A stretch of 64,000 nucleotides of DNA, taken from contig OY776510.1 in the NCBI GenBank assembly GCA_963675665.1, forward strand, positions 4,512,001 to 4,576,000, given 5' to 3'. Below the pieces are notes generated by a model. It searched no databases and had not been told where the DNA came from. It saw nothing but the letters and a program-made list of their open reading frames with translations. This DNA is from Spirochaetia bacterium (GTDB lineage Bacteria; Spirochaetota; Spirochaetia; UBA9216). Within the stretch, counting starts at the first letter, position 1, and each line of letters opens with the position of its first letter. The translations under genes were made by a program, and so were the position numbers. Shown here piece by piece: positions 48,669 through 59,900 of this stretch.

Positions 48669-50834
48669 TTAACCCGGTATCCAGTATTTTACCCCTTCAA
48701 GAACACCGTCCCCGTAAGGTTTTTCAGCAAAATAAACTGTTTTCTGTCTTTTCATTGACTCAAGTTCTTTTTCAAAATTGGAAACAACTATTCCCCGGAC
48801 CCTGCCCGCCAGCATGTCCCTGTCATTTCCTGAATTACCCGCAGTAATGATATGCGCACGATCGATCTGCCACTTGCCTGAAAGATAAGAAACAGCCTTG
48901 CCCTTTGACGCCCTTGCCGGAAGGATGTCAATATACGCCTCATGTGAATGTATCAGCGTGTAGGCAAGTTTGTTCTGCGATAACGCGTTATGTATAAGAG
49001 GGATCATTTCATCAGCATTATCATGTTCATCAAGTATATAGCTGATCTTGAAGTCTCTTTGGGCCCTGTCGGTCCGCTGCAGAGAAAGAAATGGAAGCGA
49101 ACCAAGGGTTTCCCTGATCTGTTCGGGTTTCCACCTTCTGCTGATATGGGATTGCCAACCCCTGTCCTGACGGAGATCTGAACCGTAATAAATTTCAGTG
49201 CCGACGGAAGTTATATAAACATCTACATCGCTGAAACCCCGTGCATTCAGGACCTCTCTCGCGGAGACAACATCGCGGCCTGTTGCGACTCCGAAGCCCA
49301 GGCTTTCCCGGTTGTCTTCGATGTATCCGCGGACCCGCTCAGCCGCTTCGTCATCACCCAGCAGGGTATCGTCAATATCGACGATAAGAAGGTTGTCCAT
49401 GCGGCTGATTCGTTTTCCGACATTCTCAAGACTGCTTTTCCAGTTTGCCCCGGGAATGGAAATTCCGTACGGCATAGTCTCAAGTTCATTAAGATAGGTA
49501 TTGCAATGCTGTTCCCAGGTATAAACCTGTCTGGTTTTGTTGGCCCCGTTTTCCGACAACCTGTTCCACAGCGAATGATCAGTAATAATCTTCTTTATAG
49601 CTTCTGCAATGGATTCCGGATTGTCAATATCCACAAGGAGCCCGCTCTGACAATTCCGCTCGATATCAACGGGACCTCCTTTTTTTGTGGCTACAAAAGG
49701 CAGCCCCGATGCCGAAGCTTCAATAAATGTTAGCCCGAAGGTTTCCAGATAAGAAGCGCTGACAAACACTCCTCTTTTTAATGCAGTGATACGGTAAAGT
49801 TCAGGAACATCGCTGTTTGCATCATGATATTTGGGAATTGCCATCTTTCCGTAAAGATCATATTTATCCATCGCCAAAAGGATATCGGTAAGGACCTGCT
49901 GTTCCCCCTCTTCCATCTCGGTAATGTCATCGCGTATTCCGGCAAATATGGCCAGATTGGCCATGGCCTGCAGCTCTTTATCCTTCCCATATACATCTAT
50001 CAGAACATCAATATTCTTGCGGGCATCAGGTCTGCAGAGAGTAAGAATAAGAGGTTTATCCGTCTCAAAATGAAAACGCCTTAATTCATTCTGGATTCTG
50101 ATGTGGGCCTGTTTGGTCTGCTCGCTTATAATGCTCCCCGGGACCTCATAATGGTAGTAGGGAAAAAATGTATCGAGCATAATTCCAGGCGGGATTATCT
50201 TAAAAACGGGCTTTGATTTATTTTCATAATATCCGTATAGATCTTCTTTTTCATAATTCGTACTGGCAATAACAAGATCGGCCCGTTTCAGTATTTCTTC
50301 CTCAACATCTATCCGCGTTCCGATATTGAAGACGGAATCGGCTTTTTCTTCACTCCACCCGGTTGAGGTCAGGAATGCCAGTTTGTTACGCCCGAGAGAA
50401 TGCGCGGTAAAAACAAAAGGTATACCGAAGGTTTCGGCAATCTGCATGGCCACATAACCGCCGTCCGCGTAATGACCATGGACCGCGTCCGGGATTCTGT
50501 TCTGTGCCCTTATAAAAGCTATCAGGTTATCTGTAAATTCTTCAAGATTTCCCCAGAGCTTTTCTTTACGAAGATACTTGTTTCCGCCGCAGGGAAGCCT
50601 GACTATTCGCGCTTTTTCATTAATAGCCTCAATTCTTTGTCCGTAAATACTGCTTACAATTTTGTCCTTTATCTGTCTTGTTACCAGATCGATTTTGCTG
50701 ACTGCCGCCATTTTCGACAGGTTCAGGGTAAGATCCACAATATACCGGGTTTGCCCTCCCGTGTCCGCATCCCGGCCGAATTCTACATTATTCGCCCTCA
50801 CTAATCCGTGAATGTTAATCATCATTATATACAT
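48669..50834 (-). CDS. Sucrose-phosphate synthase (GT4) fused to HAD-IIB phosphatase
   Basis: HGL..GRDADTGGQ, HGHYAD, FTAHSLG, RPDARKN and ETFGLT.IEA; C-terminal DIDDTL...SKG.A...GNSGND. Confidence 0.88.
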   Translation of the reverse strand: MYIMMINIHGLVRANNVEFGRDADTGGQTRYIVDLTLNLSKMAAVSKIDLVTRQIKDKIVSSIYGQRIEAINEKARIVRLPCGGNKYLRKEKLWGNLEEFTDNLIAFIRAQNRIPDAVHGHYADGGYVAMQIAETFGIPFVFTAHSLGRNKLAFLTSTGWSEEKADSVFNIGTRIDVEEEILKRADLVIASTNYEKEDLYGYYENKSKPVFKIIPPGIMLDTFFPYYHYEVPGSIISEQTKQAHIRIQNELRRFHFETDKPLILTLCRPDARKNIDVLIDVYGKDKELQAMANLAIFAGIRDDITEMEEGEQQVLTDILLAMDKYDLYGKMAIPKYHDANSDVPELYRITALKRGVFVSASYLETFGLTFIEASASGLPFVATKKGGPVDIERNCQSGLLVDIDNPESIAEAIKKIITDHSLWNRLSENGANKTRQVYTWEQHCNTYLNELETMPYGISIPGANWKSSLENVGKRISRMDNLLIVDIDDTLLGDDEAAERVRGYIEDNRESLGFGVATGRDVVSAREVLNARGFSDVDVYITSVGTEIYYGSDLRQDRGWQSHISRRWKPEQIRETLGSLPFLSLQRTDRAQRDFKISYILDEHDNADEMIPLIHNALSQNKLAYTLIHSHEAYIDILPARASKGKAVSYLSGKWQIDRAHIITAGNSGNDRDMLAGRVRGIVVSNFEKELESMKRQKTVYFAEKPYGDGVLEGVKYWIPG

Positions 50835-50985
50835 ATTCTTTAGTCTACTAAATATTTCAATTTACCGCAAACCGTTCCGGACTCTCATATCAGGCAGTTT
50901 TTCCTGATATTATGGTTTTTTTCGCAAATTTTGATTGAATCAGCAAAAAAGATCATCTAACATATATTTAGAACACTAATATTTC

Positions 50986-51001
50986 GGGGGGGGGGGGGGG
51001 G
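50986..51001 (+). repeat. G16 homopolymer at the RBS position of the GH32-like gene
   Basis: 16 consecutive G ending 6 nt before the ATG at 51008. Confidence 0.9.
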
Positions 51002-51007
51002 CATTGT

Positions 51008-52477
51008 ATGTATACAGGAAGAGGTTTTGAGCGGTCGGAACTCGGTGATATAGATATAATTAAACACAACGGAATGCTGCATCTTTTTCATCTGGTTCTG
51101 CCCAACCATGATTATATTGCCCACGCGGTAAGCAGAGACGGGTTTCTATGGAAAAGAGTCAAGAACCCGCTTTTCATAGGCGAACCCGGAGACTGGGACG
51201 ACGACATGCTGTGGACCATGCATATAAGCCCCGATCCCGACGGGCCGGCCGCATTCAGAATGTTCTATACGGGTCTGTCAAGAAAAGAAGACGGTAAAAT
51301 CCAGAGAATAGGCCTGGCAAGGTCGAATGATCTGTACCATTGGGAAAAAGTATCTTCAGCCAACTACCCCCTTTCAATCAGCGGCCCTTATTATGAAGAG
51401 CATATTAACGAAGGGCGGAGCTGGGTGAGCTGCCGGGATCCCTTCTTTTTTCACGAAAAGAACAGGAGGCTGCTGCTTGTAAACGCCAGGGTCCCTGACG
51501 GGCCTGTTGCGAGGAGGGGCTGCATAGGTCTTGCCGAGGAAACGGAGCCGGACGTGTTTCAGTGGAGAAAACCTCTTTTTTTCCCAAGGATGTACGATGA
51601 TGTGGAAGTTCCCAGCCTGAATAAGATCGGTAAAAGATACTACCTGCTCGGCAATATCAAGGAAGACGTGAAAGTACATTACTGGTATTCAAACTCGCTT
51701 GATGAGGATTTCGAGGCCTTCACTTCCAATGTACTGCTGCCGAAAGGAAATTATGCCGCACGGATACTGCCTTCCGAAAGCGGCTATCTTGTTTGGAACT
51801 TTTTTAACAGTAATTCGGCGCCCGTTAAGATACTGCCGCCGCCGACGGAACTTGTAGTTAACAGCAACGGACAGCTTTCACTGAAAAGCTATCGGCGATT
51901 CAGCGAAAAGGTCCGCGGAAGCATCAGCGAAAAAGATCTGTTTCCGGTTAAAAAACTTTTAAAAAACCCGACGGCAAAAATTACTAACACAAGCAGCGGA
52001 ATAAATATGGAGACCGTAAGCGGTTATGAACTGTTCATACTCAATGAGAAAGCAAAAGATTTCAGGCTGAAATACCACATATCTTTCAGCGGCCCGGGAA
52101 AGACAGGCCTTGTGTTCCGGTCCGACAGTGAAGCAAACGGACACTATATCAGCCTGGATCTGATTGCAGGGCTTGCCCAGGCCAGGATCTGGGGCGTCAG
52201 GGAAGGCGGAGGAATAGAAAATACGTTTCGTTATGATATTATTCAAAGCAATCATTTTTTCTCCAATACCGAGAAATCCTATGAAGTGGAGCTGGTAACG
52301 TTCGGCGGTTATATAGAGTTATCAATAAACGGAATAATCATACTTCGCTATGTAGAAACCATGTATATTGAACAGGAACTACTGGGATTTTATGTTGAGA
52401 GCGCGGGAATACATGTTAAAAACCTGAAAATGGAAATTCTGGACGGACCGCAGGAAGAAGATCATCAGCTGTTTTAA
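51008..52477 (+). CDS. Glycoside hydrolase, GH32-like five-bladed beta-propeller + beta-sandwich
   Basis: GD...HLFHL, HAVSRD..W, WT, CRDP and VEVP motifs. Confidence 0.8.
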   Translation: MYTGRGFERSELGDIDIIKHNGMLHLFHLVLPNHDYIAHAVSRDGFLWKRVKNPLFIGEPGDWDDDMLWTMHISPDPDGPAAFRMFYTGLSRKEDGKIQRIGLARSNDLYHWEKVSSANYPLSISGPYYEEHINEGRSWVSCRDPFFFHEKNRRLLLVNARVPDGPVARRGCIGLAEETEPDVFQWRKPLFFPRMYDDVEVPSLNKIGKRYYLLGNIKEDVKVHYWYSNSLDEDFEAFTSNVLLPKGNYAARILPSESGYLVWNFFNSNSAPVKILPPPTELVVNSNGQLSLKSYRRFSEKVRGSISEKDLFPVKKLLKNPTAKITNTSSGINMETVSGYELFILNEKAKDFRLKYHISFSGPGKTGLVFRSDSEANGHYISLDLIAGLAQARIWGVREGGGIENTFRYDIIQSNHFFSNTEKSYEVELVTFGGYIELSINGIIILRYVETMYIEQELLGFYVESAGIHVKNLKMEILDGPQEEDHQLF

Positions 52478-52479
52478 AA

Positions 52480-55400
52480 TCAGTTATCCAGCAAATCTAT
52501 TACCCTCAGACCGTTGTTTGTATCGCCCACCGAATCGGTTACATACGCCCAGGTGCCCCTGACCGCGATGTTCATTGCATTTACCGGGGAGGTTATATAT
52601 GAAGGGGTACCGGGACTTGACGCGTTTGAAACGTCAATAACTGCAATGCCTTCCGAAGAATCCGCCACGTATGCATAGGAACCGACTACTGTAATGCCGT
52701 AAGCATATCCGTCGGTATCGACAGTAGCTCTCGTAACCGGGCTTTCCGGATCTGAAATGTCGATAATCGTTATGCCGTCCGAACCGCGGCAGACATAGGC
52801 ATGGGAACCGGCAACGTCCACCGCACAGACGTAAGAAAATGATACATATACCGGAGTACCCGGGCTGTCCAGGTCGGATATGTCGATAATCGCCAGCCCC
52901 TGGTTGCCGTCCGCTACGTACAGGCAGTCTTTATACATTGACACGTCAACGGCGTTTCCGTTTGTATCGATATATTGGGTCACTACCGGATTCGAGGGGT
53001 CGGCTACATCGATGACGGCGACGCCTTCACCCGAGGCGGCGACAAATGCATAAGGCCCGGCAACGGTTATTCCCTGCGCTGTTCCGTCGGTGGCAACGCT
53101 TCCTTCCGGCACGGGTGCGGTCGGGTTTTCTATATCATAGATCTCAAGGCCGGTGTTGCTGGAAACATATAAAAAATGGTCCTGTATCACAAGATTATTT
53201 GAATAATTTACTGCCGAAAAAAGCTGGGCGGAACCCGGCGATGCCGGACTGCCAATATCTATAATTCCGATATTGTAACCCGCCGCGACATAGGCATATG
53301 AATCTGATAACGCAACGTCGGTGGCATCTGTGGTATTTCTGTAGGAACTTGCCCCTCCGGTCCCTGGACGGGAGATGTCAAGGACAGCTACTCCCCCGTC
53401 ATTGTCCCCTACAACGACGAAGGAACCCGAGGCATCGATGCCCATGGCATAAACAGGTGTATCATGATAATAAGGAGTTCCGGGGCTTGTCGGGGTAGAA
53501 ACGTCTATAACCGCTATTCCGTCGACGGTATTCGTCACATAGGCCGTATCGTCATAAACAACAACATCATGTACCTGGCGGGCCGTGTTAACCTGCAAAG
53601 CAGTTCCCGGGTTTGCGGGGTTGACTACATAAAGGATTGACAGGTACCCGTAATCATCCGCCACGTAGGCGTAATCTTCATATACAAACACATCCAGGGC
53701 CGAGTCGTACGTAGGCTCGTAGTAAGGCCCCTGAAGGTCTGCCGGATTTGAAATATTCACCGTGGCCAGGCCGTCATCATCACAGGCCAGGTAGGCGTAC
53801 GATCCGCTTACCATTATTCCGAGAGCATCATCCGTAGTCTCCAATTGATTATAAAACTCCGGGTCCGCCGGGTTTAAAACATCCATAACAACCAGCCCGT
53901 AGTCCGTAGCCAGGTAGGCGTAGCGGCCTTCTACCCAGACATCGTTGGCCCCTAAATAACCGGCATCGAGGGCTTCGTGGACCGGCTCTCCGGGATTTGC
54001 AGGGTTGGACACATTCACGACGCACAACCCTTCGGGGTCGGTGCCCCCGCCGGTGTAGGCTATATAAACATAGTCATCCTTTACAAAAAGCCCCCCGGCA
54101 AAACGGTCGTAGGCCGGCCCTTCACCGATATCGATGTACACCGGTTCGCCCGGATTTGCCGGATCGGATATGTCGATAATCGCCACACCATCCGACCATA
54201 CGCAAACATAGGCGTAATCATCATGGATGACGAGTTTTTTGGCCTGGCCGGTAGTAGGTGTAATTGAATTAATATATTCGTTTGCTCCGGGGAAAAACCC
54301 GGGCGCGGCAAAACAGTATTCACTTGCTATTTCGCTAAAGGCGGAAGGATACACGCGATAGTAGTATTCATTGTCGCGGCTTACACTGGTATCGGAAAAA
54401 TCGGTGTAGATGGTGTGCCTTCGCACTTCCCAGGGACCGCCTGGAGAAAGGGCGCGTTCCACAGTGTATTTTGAGACAAGGGGATTATCCCGCCACTGAA
54501 TTGAAATTGTATTGTACCCGGCGTCCATGATCATTGGAGCAAGATCACGGGGACTGAGGGGCATCTTTTCCACTTCTTGTGAAACAGCGTCGGACCCGTA
54601 GCCGATCTGCATGTGGGCGGTAAGCTGGAAGGCGTAGGTCTCCCCGTTTTCAAGACCGTCCCACGTATAAGGGCTTGTCAGGTCGTCTCGCGACTCCCCG
54701 TAATAATTGGATTCGAAAACGGAATAGGACTCGGCAAAGGGAACCGGGTCCCAGGAAATAACAACCTGGCCGTTTCCGGGAACAACAGTGTATCCGGAGA
54801 TGTCGCCTCCCCCTTCCGGTTTTACAATTGTAATAACCGCAGTTGTCGTGTTGCCGTTTAAATCCGACGCGGTAATCTCGATGGTCCTGCTTCCGTCCAG
54901 GGCGGATACGTCTATAGTCGAATAAAATTCCCCGGTGCCGGAGTCAAGGGGCAGAGTCCCGAAAATATTGGTGCCCGGCATTGCATAGGATATTTCGGGA
55001 TCGACCTCGGAGGTGGAAGTATCGCCGGCCGAGTTGGTTACCTGACCCGCAAGTTCGATAACCGTTGCGTATTCGCTGTAATCGCCGGGCGATGTAACCA
55101 CGACACACGGTCCGTCCGTATCCGGCACAATTGTAATCGAGATTTCGGCTGTGTTGCCGTTAACGTCCGTAGCATAAATGACGACGGTTATCTGATTATC
55201 GTAGGCCGCTGTGGCTATGTTAAAAGCGAAGGCGCCGTTTTCATCCAGCGTAATCGATGTTATCTCCGGGTTTTCATCCATGATATCGTAACCGACGTAA
55301 TCGATAAACTCGGCCGCAGCGCCTGCTCTCGCCTCCCCGGTATTGTCACGGTCGCGGATAGTCCCCGCCAGGATAACCGTCGATTCGAATTTAGAACCGG

Positions 55401-55569
55401 GAAGAGGAGTGTTTATGGTTATCTCCGGGGGTTCGAGGTCTTTTAAAACTGATAATTTATCGAGATCAAAGGGCGCCGGACAGGATGTCAGAAGGAGGCA
55501 AAAGAGACATGTCGAAAGGAAACGAACAATATACTTCATGGATAAGCTCACATATATAAATTTTTTCAT
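52480..55569 (-). CDS. LVIVD-repeat lipoprotein with Ig-like/FN3 domains
   Basis: LLTSC lipobox; many YAYVA...GLAIIDISDP repeats. Confidence 0.88.
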   Translation of the reverse strand: MKKFIYVSLSMKYIVRFLSTCLFCLLLTSCPAPFDLDKLSVLKDLEPPEITINTPLPGSKFESTVILAGTIRDRDNTGEARAGAAAEFIDYVGYDIMDENPEITSITLDENGAFAFNIATAAYDNQITVVIYATDVNGNTAEISITIVPDTDGPCVVVTSPGDYSEYATVIELAGQVTNSAGDTSTSEVDPEISYAMPGTNIFGTLPLDSGTGEFYSTIDVSALDGSRTIEITASDLNGNTTTAVITIVKPEGGGDISGYTVVPGNGQVVISWDPVPFAESYSVFESNYYGESRDDLTSPYTWDGLENGETYAFQLTAHMQIGYGSDAVSQEVEKMPLSPRDLAPMIMDAGYNTISIQWRDNPLVSKYTVERALSPGGPWEVRRHTIYTDFSDTSVSRDNEYYYRVYPSAFSEIASEYCFAAPGFFPGANEYINSITPTTGQAKKLVIHDDYAYVCVWSDGVAIIDISDPANPGEPVYIDIGEGPAYDRFAGGLFVKDDYVYIAYTGGGTDPEGLCVVNVSNPANPGEPVHEALDAGYLGANDVWVEGRYAYLATDYGLVVMDVLNPADPEFYNQLETTDDALGIMVSGSYAYLACDDDGLATVNISNPADLQGPYYEPTYDSALDVFVYEDYAYVADDYGYLSILYVVNPANPGTALQVNTARQVHDVVVYDDTAYVTNTVDGIAVIDVSTPTSPGTPYYHDTPVYAMGIDASGSFVVVGDNDGGVAVLDISRPGTGGASSYRNTTDATDVALSDSYAYVAAGYNIGIIDIGSPASPGSAQLFSAVNYSNNLVIQDHFLYVSSNTGLEIYDIENPTAPVPEGSVATDGTAQGITVAGPYAFVAASGEGVAVIDVADPSNPVVTQYIDTNGNAVDVSMYKDCLYVADGNQGLAIIDISDLDSPGTPVYVSFSYVCAVDVAGSHAYVCRGSDGITIIDISDPESPVTRATVDTDGYAYGITVVGSYAYVADSSEGIAVIDVSNASSPGTPSYITSPVNAMNIAVRGTWAYVTDSVGDTNNGLRVIDLLDN

Positions 55570-55648
55570 ATGATGCCGTTCCAGGATGTGCTAATAACTA
55601 TTATAGCCCGATTGACAGGATTTTCAATAAAACATTATCCGGCGGTCA

Positions 55649-56806
55649 TTATCTGAATGTATTTCCCAGCCAGCGGATAAAATCCGGAACACTGGGCTCA
55701 ATAGCATCCCAGTTATGGCGCCCGCCTGAAATAATGTTTTCCTCGGGTTCAACAATTCCTCCTGACTGCCGAATCATTGGAAGAACTACTTTCTGATGAT
55801 CATCAAAGTTGAAATCGTCTTTTGAGCCGGTCAGAATAAAAAAACGGGAACCCGCAAGATCCGGATTAACCGTCCGCAGAATATCCGCAGGATTAACTTC
55901 TTTCATCCTCCGCCATACCGGAAGGTCTTCTTTCCAGACTTCTCCGGGAACAGAATCACTGTCAAATACAGGGTAGTAGCACCATTTCTCCGTCAATCCG
56001 AGAACGCCGGCGCCCGCAGCCTTGTTCACAATGCGAAGGGAGTTGTCGCCTGCAACAGCTTTATATTTTTCAGCCCGGTAGGGCTTAAGACGGTTTCTTC
56101 CGATTGCGTAGCGGAGATCCAGCGCAGGATAAAACATCGCTGCGTTCCTGAAACGCTCCGGGTATTTCAGGGCGTAATACGCAGCGCCGAACCCGCCCAT
56201 GGAGGATCCCCCAATGACAGTATTTTGGGGATCATCGCTGATTCGGGCTATAGTCCGTACAAAAGCAGGCAGATCCTCCATCATGAAGTCTTGATATCCA
56301 GTTCTATTACTGTTTATATACCAGCATCCGCCACGCTCGTCTGTCGGTGTGTCCGGATCATCCGTACCGTTGCCGCTAAGAGTACCGTCAGGCATCACTA
56401 CTACCAGAGGATGCAACTCTCCGCTGATTACGGCCTTCTCTATTGCGGGAATAAGATTTTCAACCCAGAAGATCGGGCGGGCGGCAAATCCGTGCAGGAG
56501 ATACAATACAGGATAGACTGTATTATAATTAAACCCCGGAGGCGTATAAATCAGAACAGTGCGTCCCCTGCCGGAAACCGCTTCGACGGGAGCTTTCAGT
56601 ATTGTCGTATTTTCACCGCTGACAGGGATATCTCCGTCTGCTGCGCATACATACAGCATGCCCTTGCCGTTATAGGATATCTGAACAGGATCATGAAAGG
56701 CTTTTTTATTTGAGAATGAAACCGGCAGCGGGAAAGGGAGCATTATAATTATCAGGATAATAGCCGGCAGAACGGCAGCAATGGTAATAAACAGTTTCCG
56801 ATTCAT
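55649..56806 (-). CDS. Esterase (alpha/beta hydrolase, CE1-like)
   Basis: YTPPG..YPVLYLLHG, GSSMGG and GRHNW. Confidence 0.85.
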   Translation of the reverse strand: MNRKLFITIAAVLPAIILIIIMLPFPLPVSFSNKKAFHDPVQISYNGKGMLYVCAADGDIPVSGENTTILKAPVEAVSGRGRTVLIYTPPGFNYNTVYPVLYLLHGFAARPIFWVENLIPAIEKAVISGELHPLVVVMPDGTLSGNGTDDPDTPTDERGGCWYINSNRTGYQDFMMEDLPAFVRTIARISDDPQNTVIGGSSMGGFGAAYYALKYPERFRNAAMFYPALDLRYAIGRNRLKPYRAEKYKAVAGDNSLRIVNKAAGAGVLGLTEKWCYYPVFDSDSVPGEVWKEDLPVWRRMKEVNPADILRTVNPDLAGSRFFILTGSKDDFNFDDHQKVVLPMIRQSGGIVEPEENIISGGRHNWDAIEPSVPDFIRWLGNTFR

Positions 56807-56934
56807 GACGGATATTATATACCATAATAAAAGTTATTTTAGTATAAAATCATCCATTGCTTTGGTTTATCCGGCCACTTACAAACCTGACTATCCTTTT
56901 TTTTAAAATGCTTATCTGCAGAAAAGGTTTTCCA

Positions 56935-59900
56935 CTAACTGTCCAGAAGATCCAGAATTGCCAATCCGCCTGAGCCACAGGAAATATAGGCGTATCTTCC
57001 TGATACAAAAATATCCGTAACTTGAGAATTTGTATTTAAATATACTGGCGTACCCGGGTTTAAAGGATCTGATACATCAACTACTGCAAGTCCGGCTGTT
57101 TTCAGTCCGATATACGCATAACCGCTTGAGACCTCGATAACCAGAGGATTTCCGGTAAGTGCAACCGGAGTATGAGAAACCGGAGTCAATGGGTCCGATA
57201 CATCAATTACAATCAGGCCGTTGGAATAATCACCTGCATAAATATAATTACCTGCAACATCCACACATCCGGCAGAGGATGGAGTATCTACATAAAAAGG
57301 CGTTCCAGGATTTTCAGGGTCTGAAATATCAATAATTGCAATACCGCTGTCGCAGTCGGCTATATAAGCATAACCTTCGGAGGTGACAATATCTGAAGCC
57401 CAATATTGTGTGTCGATGAAATACGGTGCGGATGGAGAAGCGGGCTCTGAAATATCTATGATCGACATTCCGTATTCATCCTCAGCGCCGAAGACATAAC
57501 CTCCGCAAACATTAAGATCTGTCGGATAATAGGTGCCGACAGAACCGATTTGAAGCGGTTCTGTCGTTTTTGAAATATCAACTATAACCAAACCGTGCGT
57601 ATTTGAGGTACGCGCAATATATGCATTATCTCCGGAAATGGCGATACTATGCAAATCAGTACTCCAACTGCCGTATAAATCAATACTGCCTTTTATTGCA
57701 GGAAAAAAAGGGTCTGAAGCTGCATATATATACAGCATTGAGTCGTATATCACATAATAGTGGTCATTATTATAAGCCAGGCTTCCGGAACAGGGTATTT
57801 CAGCAGGATAATAAGGTGTATTATCAAGTCTTGGCAGCGAGATAGTATAAACTTCAAGACCTGCATGACTGGATGCGGTATAAATATAATCACCGTAAAC
57901 ATAAATATCTTCGACCCATTCTTCAGCAGTCAGCTGCCGGACTACAACCGGAGAGGACGGATCGTTAACATCAATTATTTCCAAACCTTCAGAAGTTTCA
58001 GCTACTATAGCATAACCCTGACTTAAACCTACGCTTACAGGCGCGGCGGATGTTGATATTAGTTTCGGGGTGCCCGGTGATAAAGGATTAGAAATGTCTA
58101 CTATGGCCAATCCGGAAGAAAAAGTAGAGATATACGCATAATCGTCTGAAATAGTAATATCCGTTCCCCCCGGAGCCTCGTCGATATAAACCGGTTCTCC
58201 CGGGTTTGCCGGGTTCTGAACATCAACTATCGCAGTACCGCTGGAATCTACCACAAATGCATACCCATTATAAACCTCAACATCCCGCACATTACCGTCC
58301 GTTACTACCTGGTCCGGAACACCCGGGCTTTCCGGATTTGTAATATCAATAATTGCCAGACCGTAATTATAGCAGGCAGCATATACATGTGTACCGTCAA
58401 CAGCGAGATCCCATACTGATCCTATATCTTGAATATAAGACGGAGTTCCGGGCTTCTCCGGATCAGAGACATTAATTATCGCCAAACTGTATTGATCTGC
58501 TATAAAAGCATAATTTTGTGAAACTCTGACATTCCATGCAACCCCATCTGTATCGACAGAGACTGGATTGCCCGGGTTTAGCGGATCTGAAATATCGATA
58601 ATAGATAAACCGTTCAGATTATCCGCAATATAAGCATAATCGTCAACGATACAGAGACCTCTGGCATAGTCGGATGTTTCCCTGCCGATTATAAACTTGC
58701 AGGCGAATCTTCCAGCTGCTCCTTCAGCAAAGGTACTTGGAATATCCGTATAATTCGAAGGAGTAATACGATAGTAATATTTTGTATCAAGCGCTACCCT
58801 GTCGTCGGTAAAAATATTGTCGACAAGATTTCTTCTTATTGTCCAGGGCCCGTCAGAATTCAAACTTCGTTCTACGATGTAAGAAGAAATATTTGGGTTC
58901 TTTTGCCATTCTATAGTAATCGATTTATAATCCGTTTTTATTATCCAGGGGGCCAGACTTTGCTCGCTTAACGGCATCTTTGATATCTGGGCCGATACAG
59001 GATCCTGCCCCATCCCGTCCGGTAGATGCGCTGTTAATTGAAAGCGATATACTTCCCCGTTTTCCAATCCTTTCCAGACAAAAGGGCTTTGAACATTGCT
59101 TTCTGTTAATCCGTAGGATGCTTCAAAAAGTGTATAAGATTCAGCATACGGTACATCTGTCCAGCTTATAATCGCCTGTTTATTTCCAGGTGTGACTGTA
59201 AAATCAGAAATATCGCCGCCTATCACGGGTTTGATGATATTGATTATAATAAGTGTTTCATTTCCATTCAGATCCGTTGCGCTTACTTCCAGTATGTGAT
59301 TACCTGCAAGACTGGATACATCAATAAGAGCGGAAAAATAACCGCTCGGCTGATCTATCCCGACAGTACCAAAAAGACTTGTGCCGGGTATCTGATAATT
59401 TATTACACTACTTGTCTCCGAAATGGATTCGTCTTCAGCAGAATTCTGTACAAATCCGGAAAGTTGAACAACCGTTGCATATTCGCTGTAATTGGCAGGA
59501 GAAGTTACAGCTAAAAAAGGTCCGTCCGTGTCGGGTAAAAGAACAATTTCTTTGACAGTTTCATTAGCATTTAAATCAAATGCTGATAAAATAATTGTTA
59601 TCTGCTCGGTATATTCTGCAGTTGGGATAGTGAAATTGAAACTGCCGTCTTCGGCAACATCAATTTTTTCGGGTTCTTCCTGTTTATCTTTGATGATAAA
59701 CGAAAAATCAGTTAAATGGTCAGCGGCAGGTTTATCCCTCTTATTTCCCTGACTGTCCACATCATATACTTCACCGGAGAATGTAATACTGGACTCGAAT
59801 TTCAGATTGCTTTTCGGACTGAAAAGTATTATTGAAGGAGGATTCAAATCCTGTAGAACGGACAACGTGTCCGATGTCAGCGGATTGGGGCATCCCTGCA

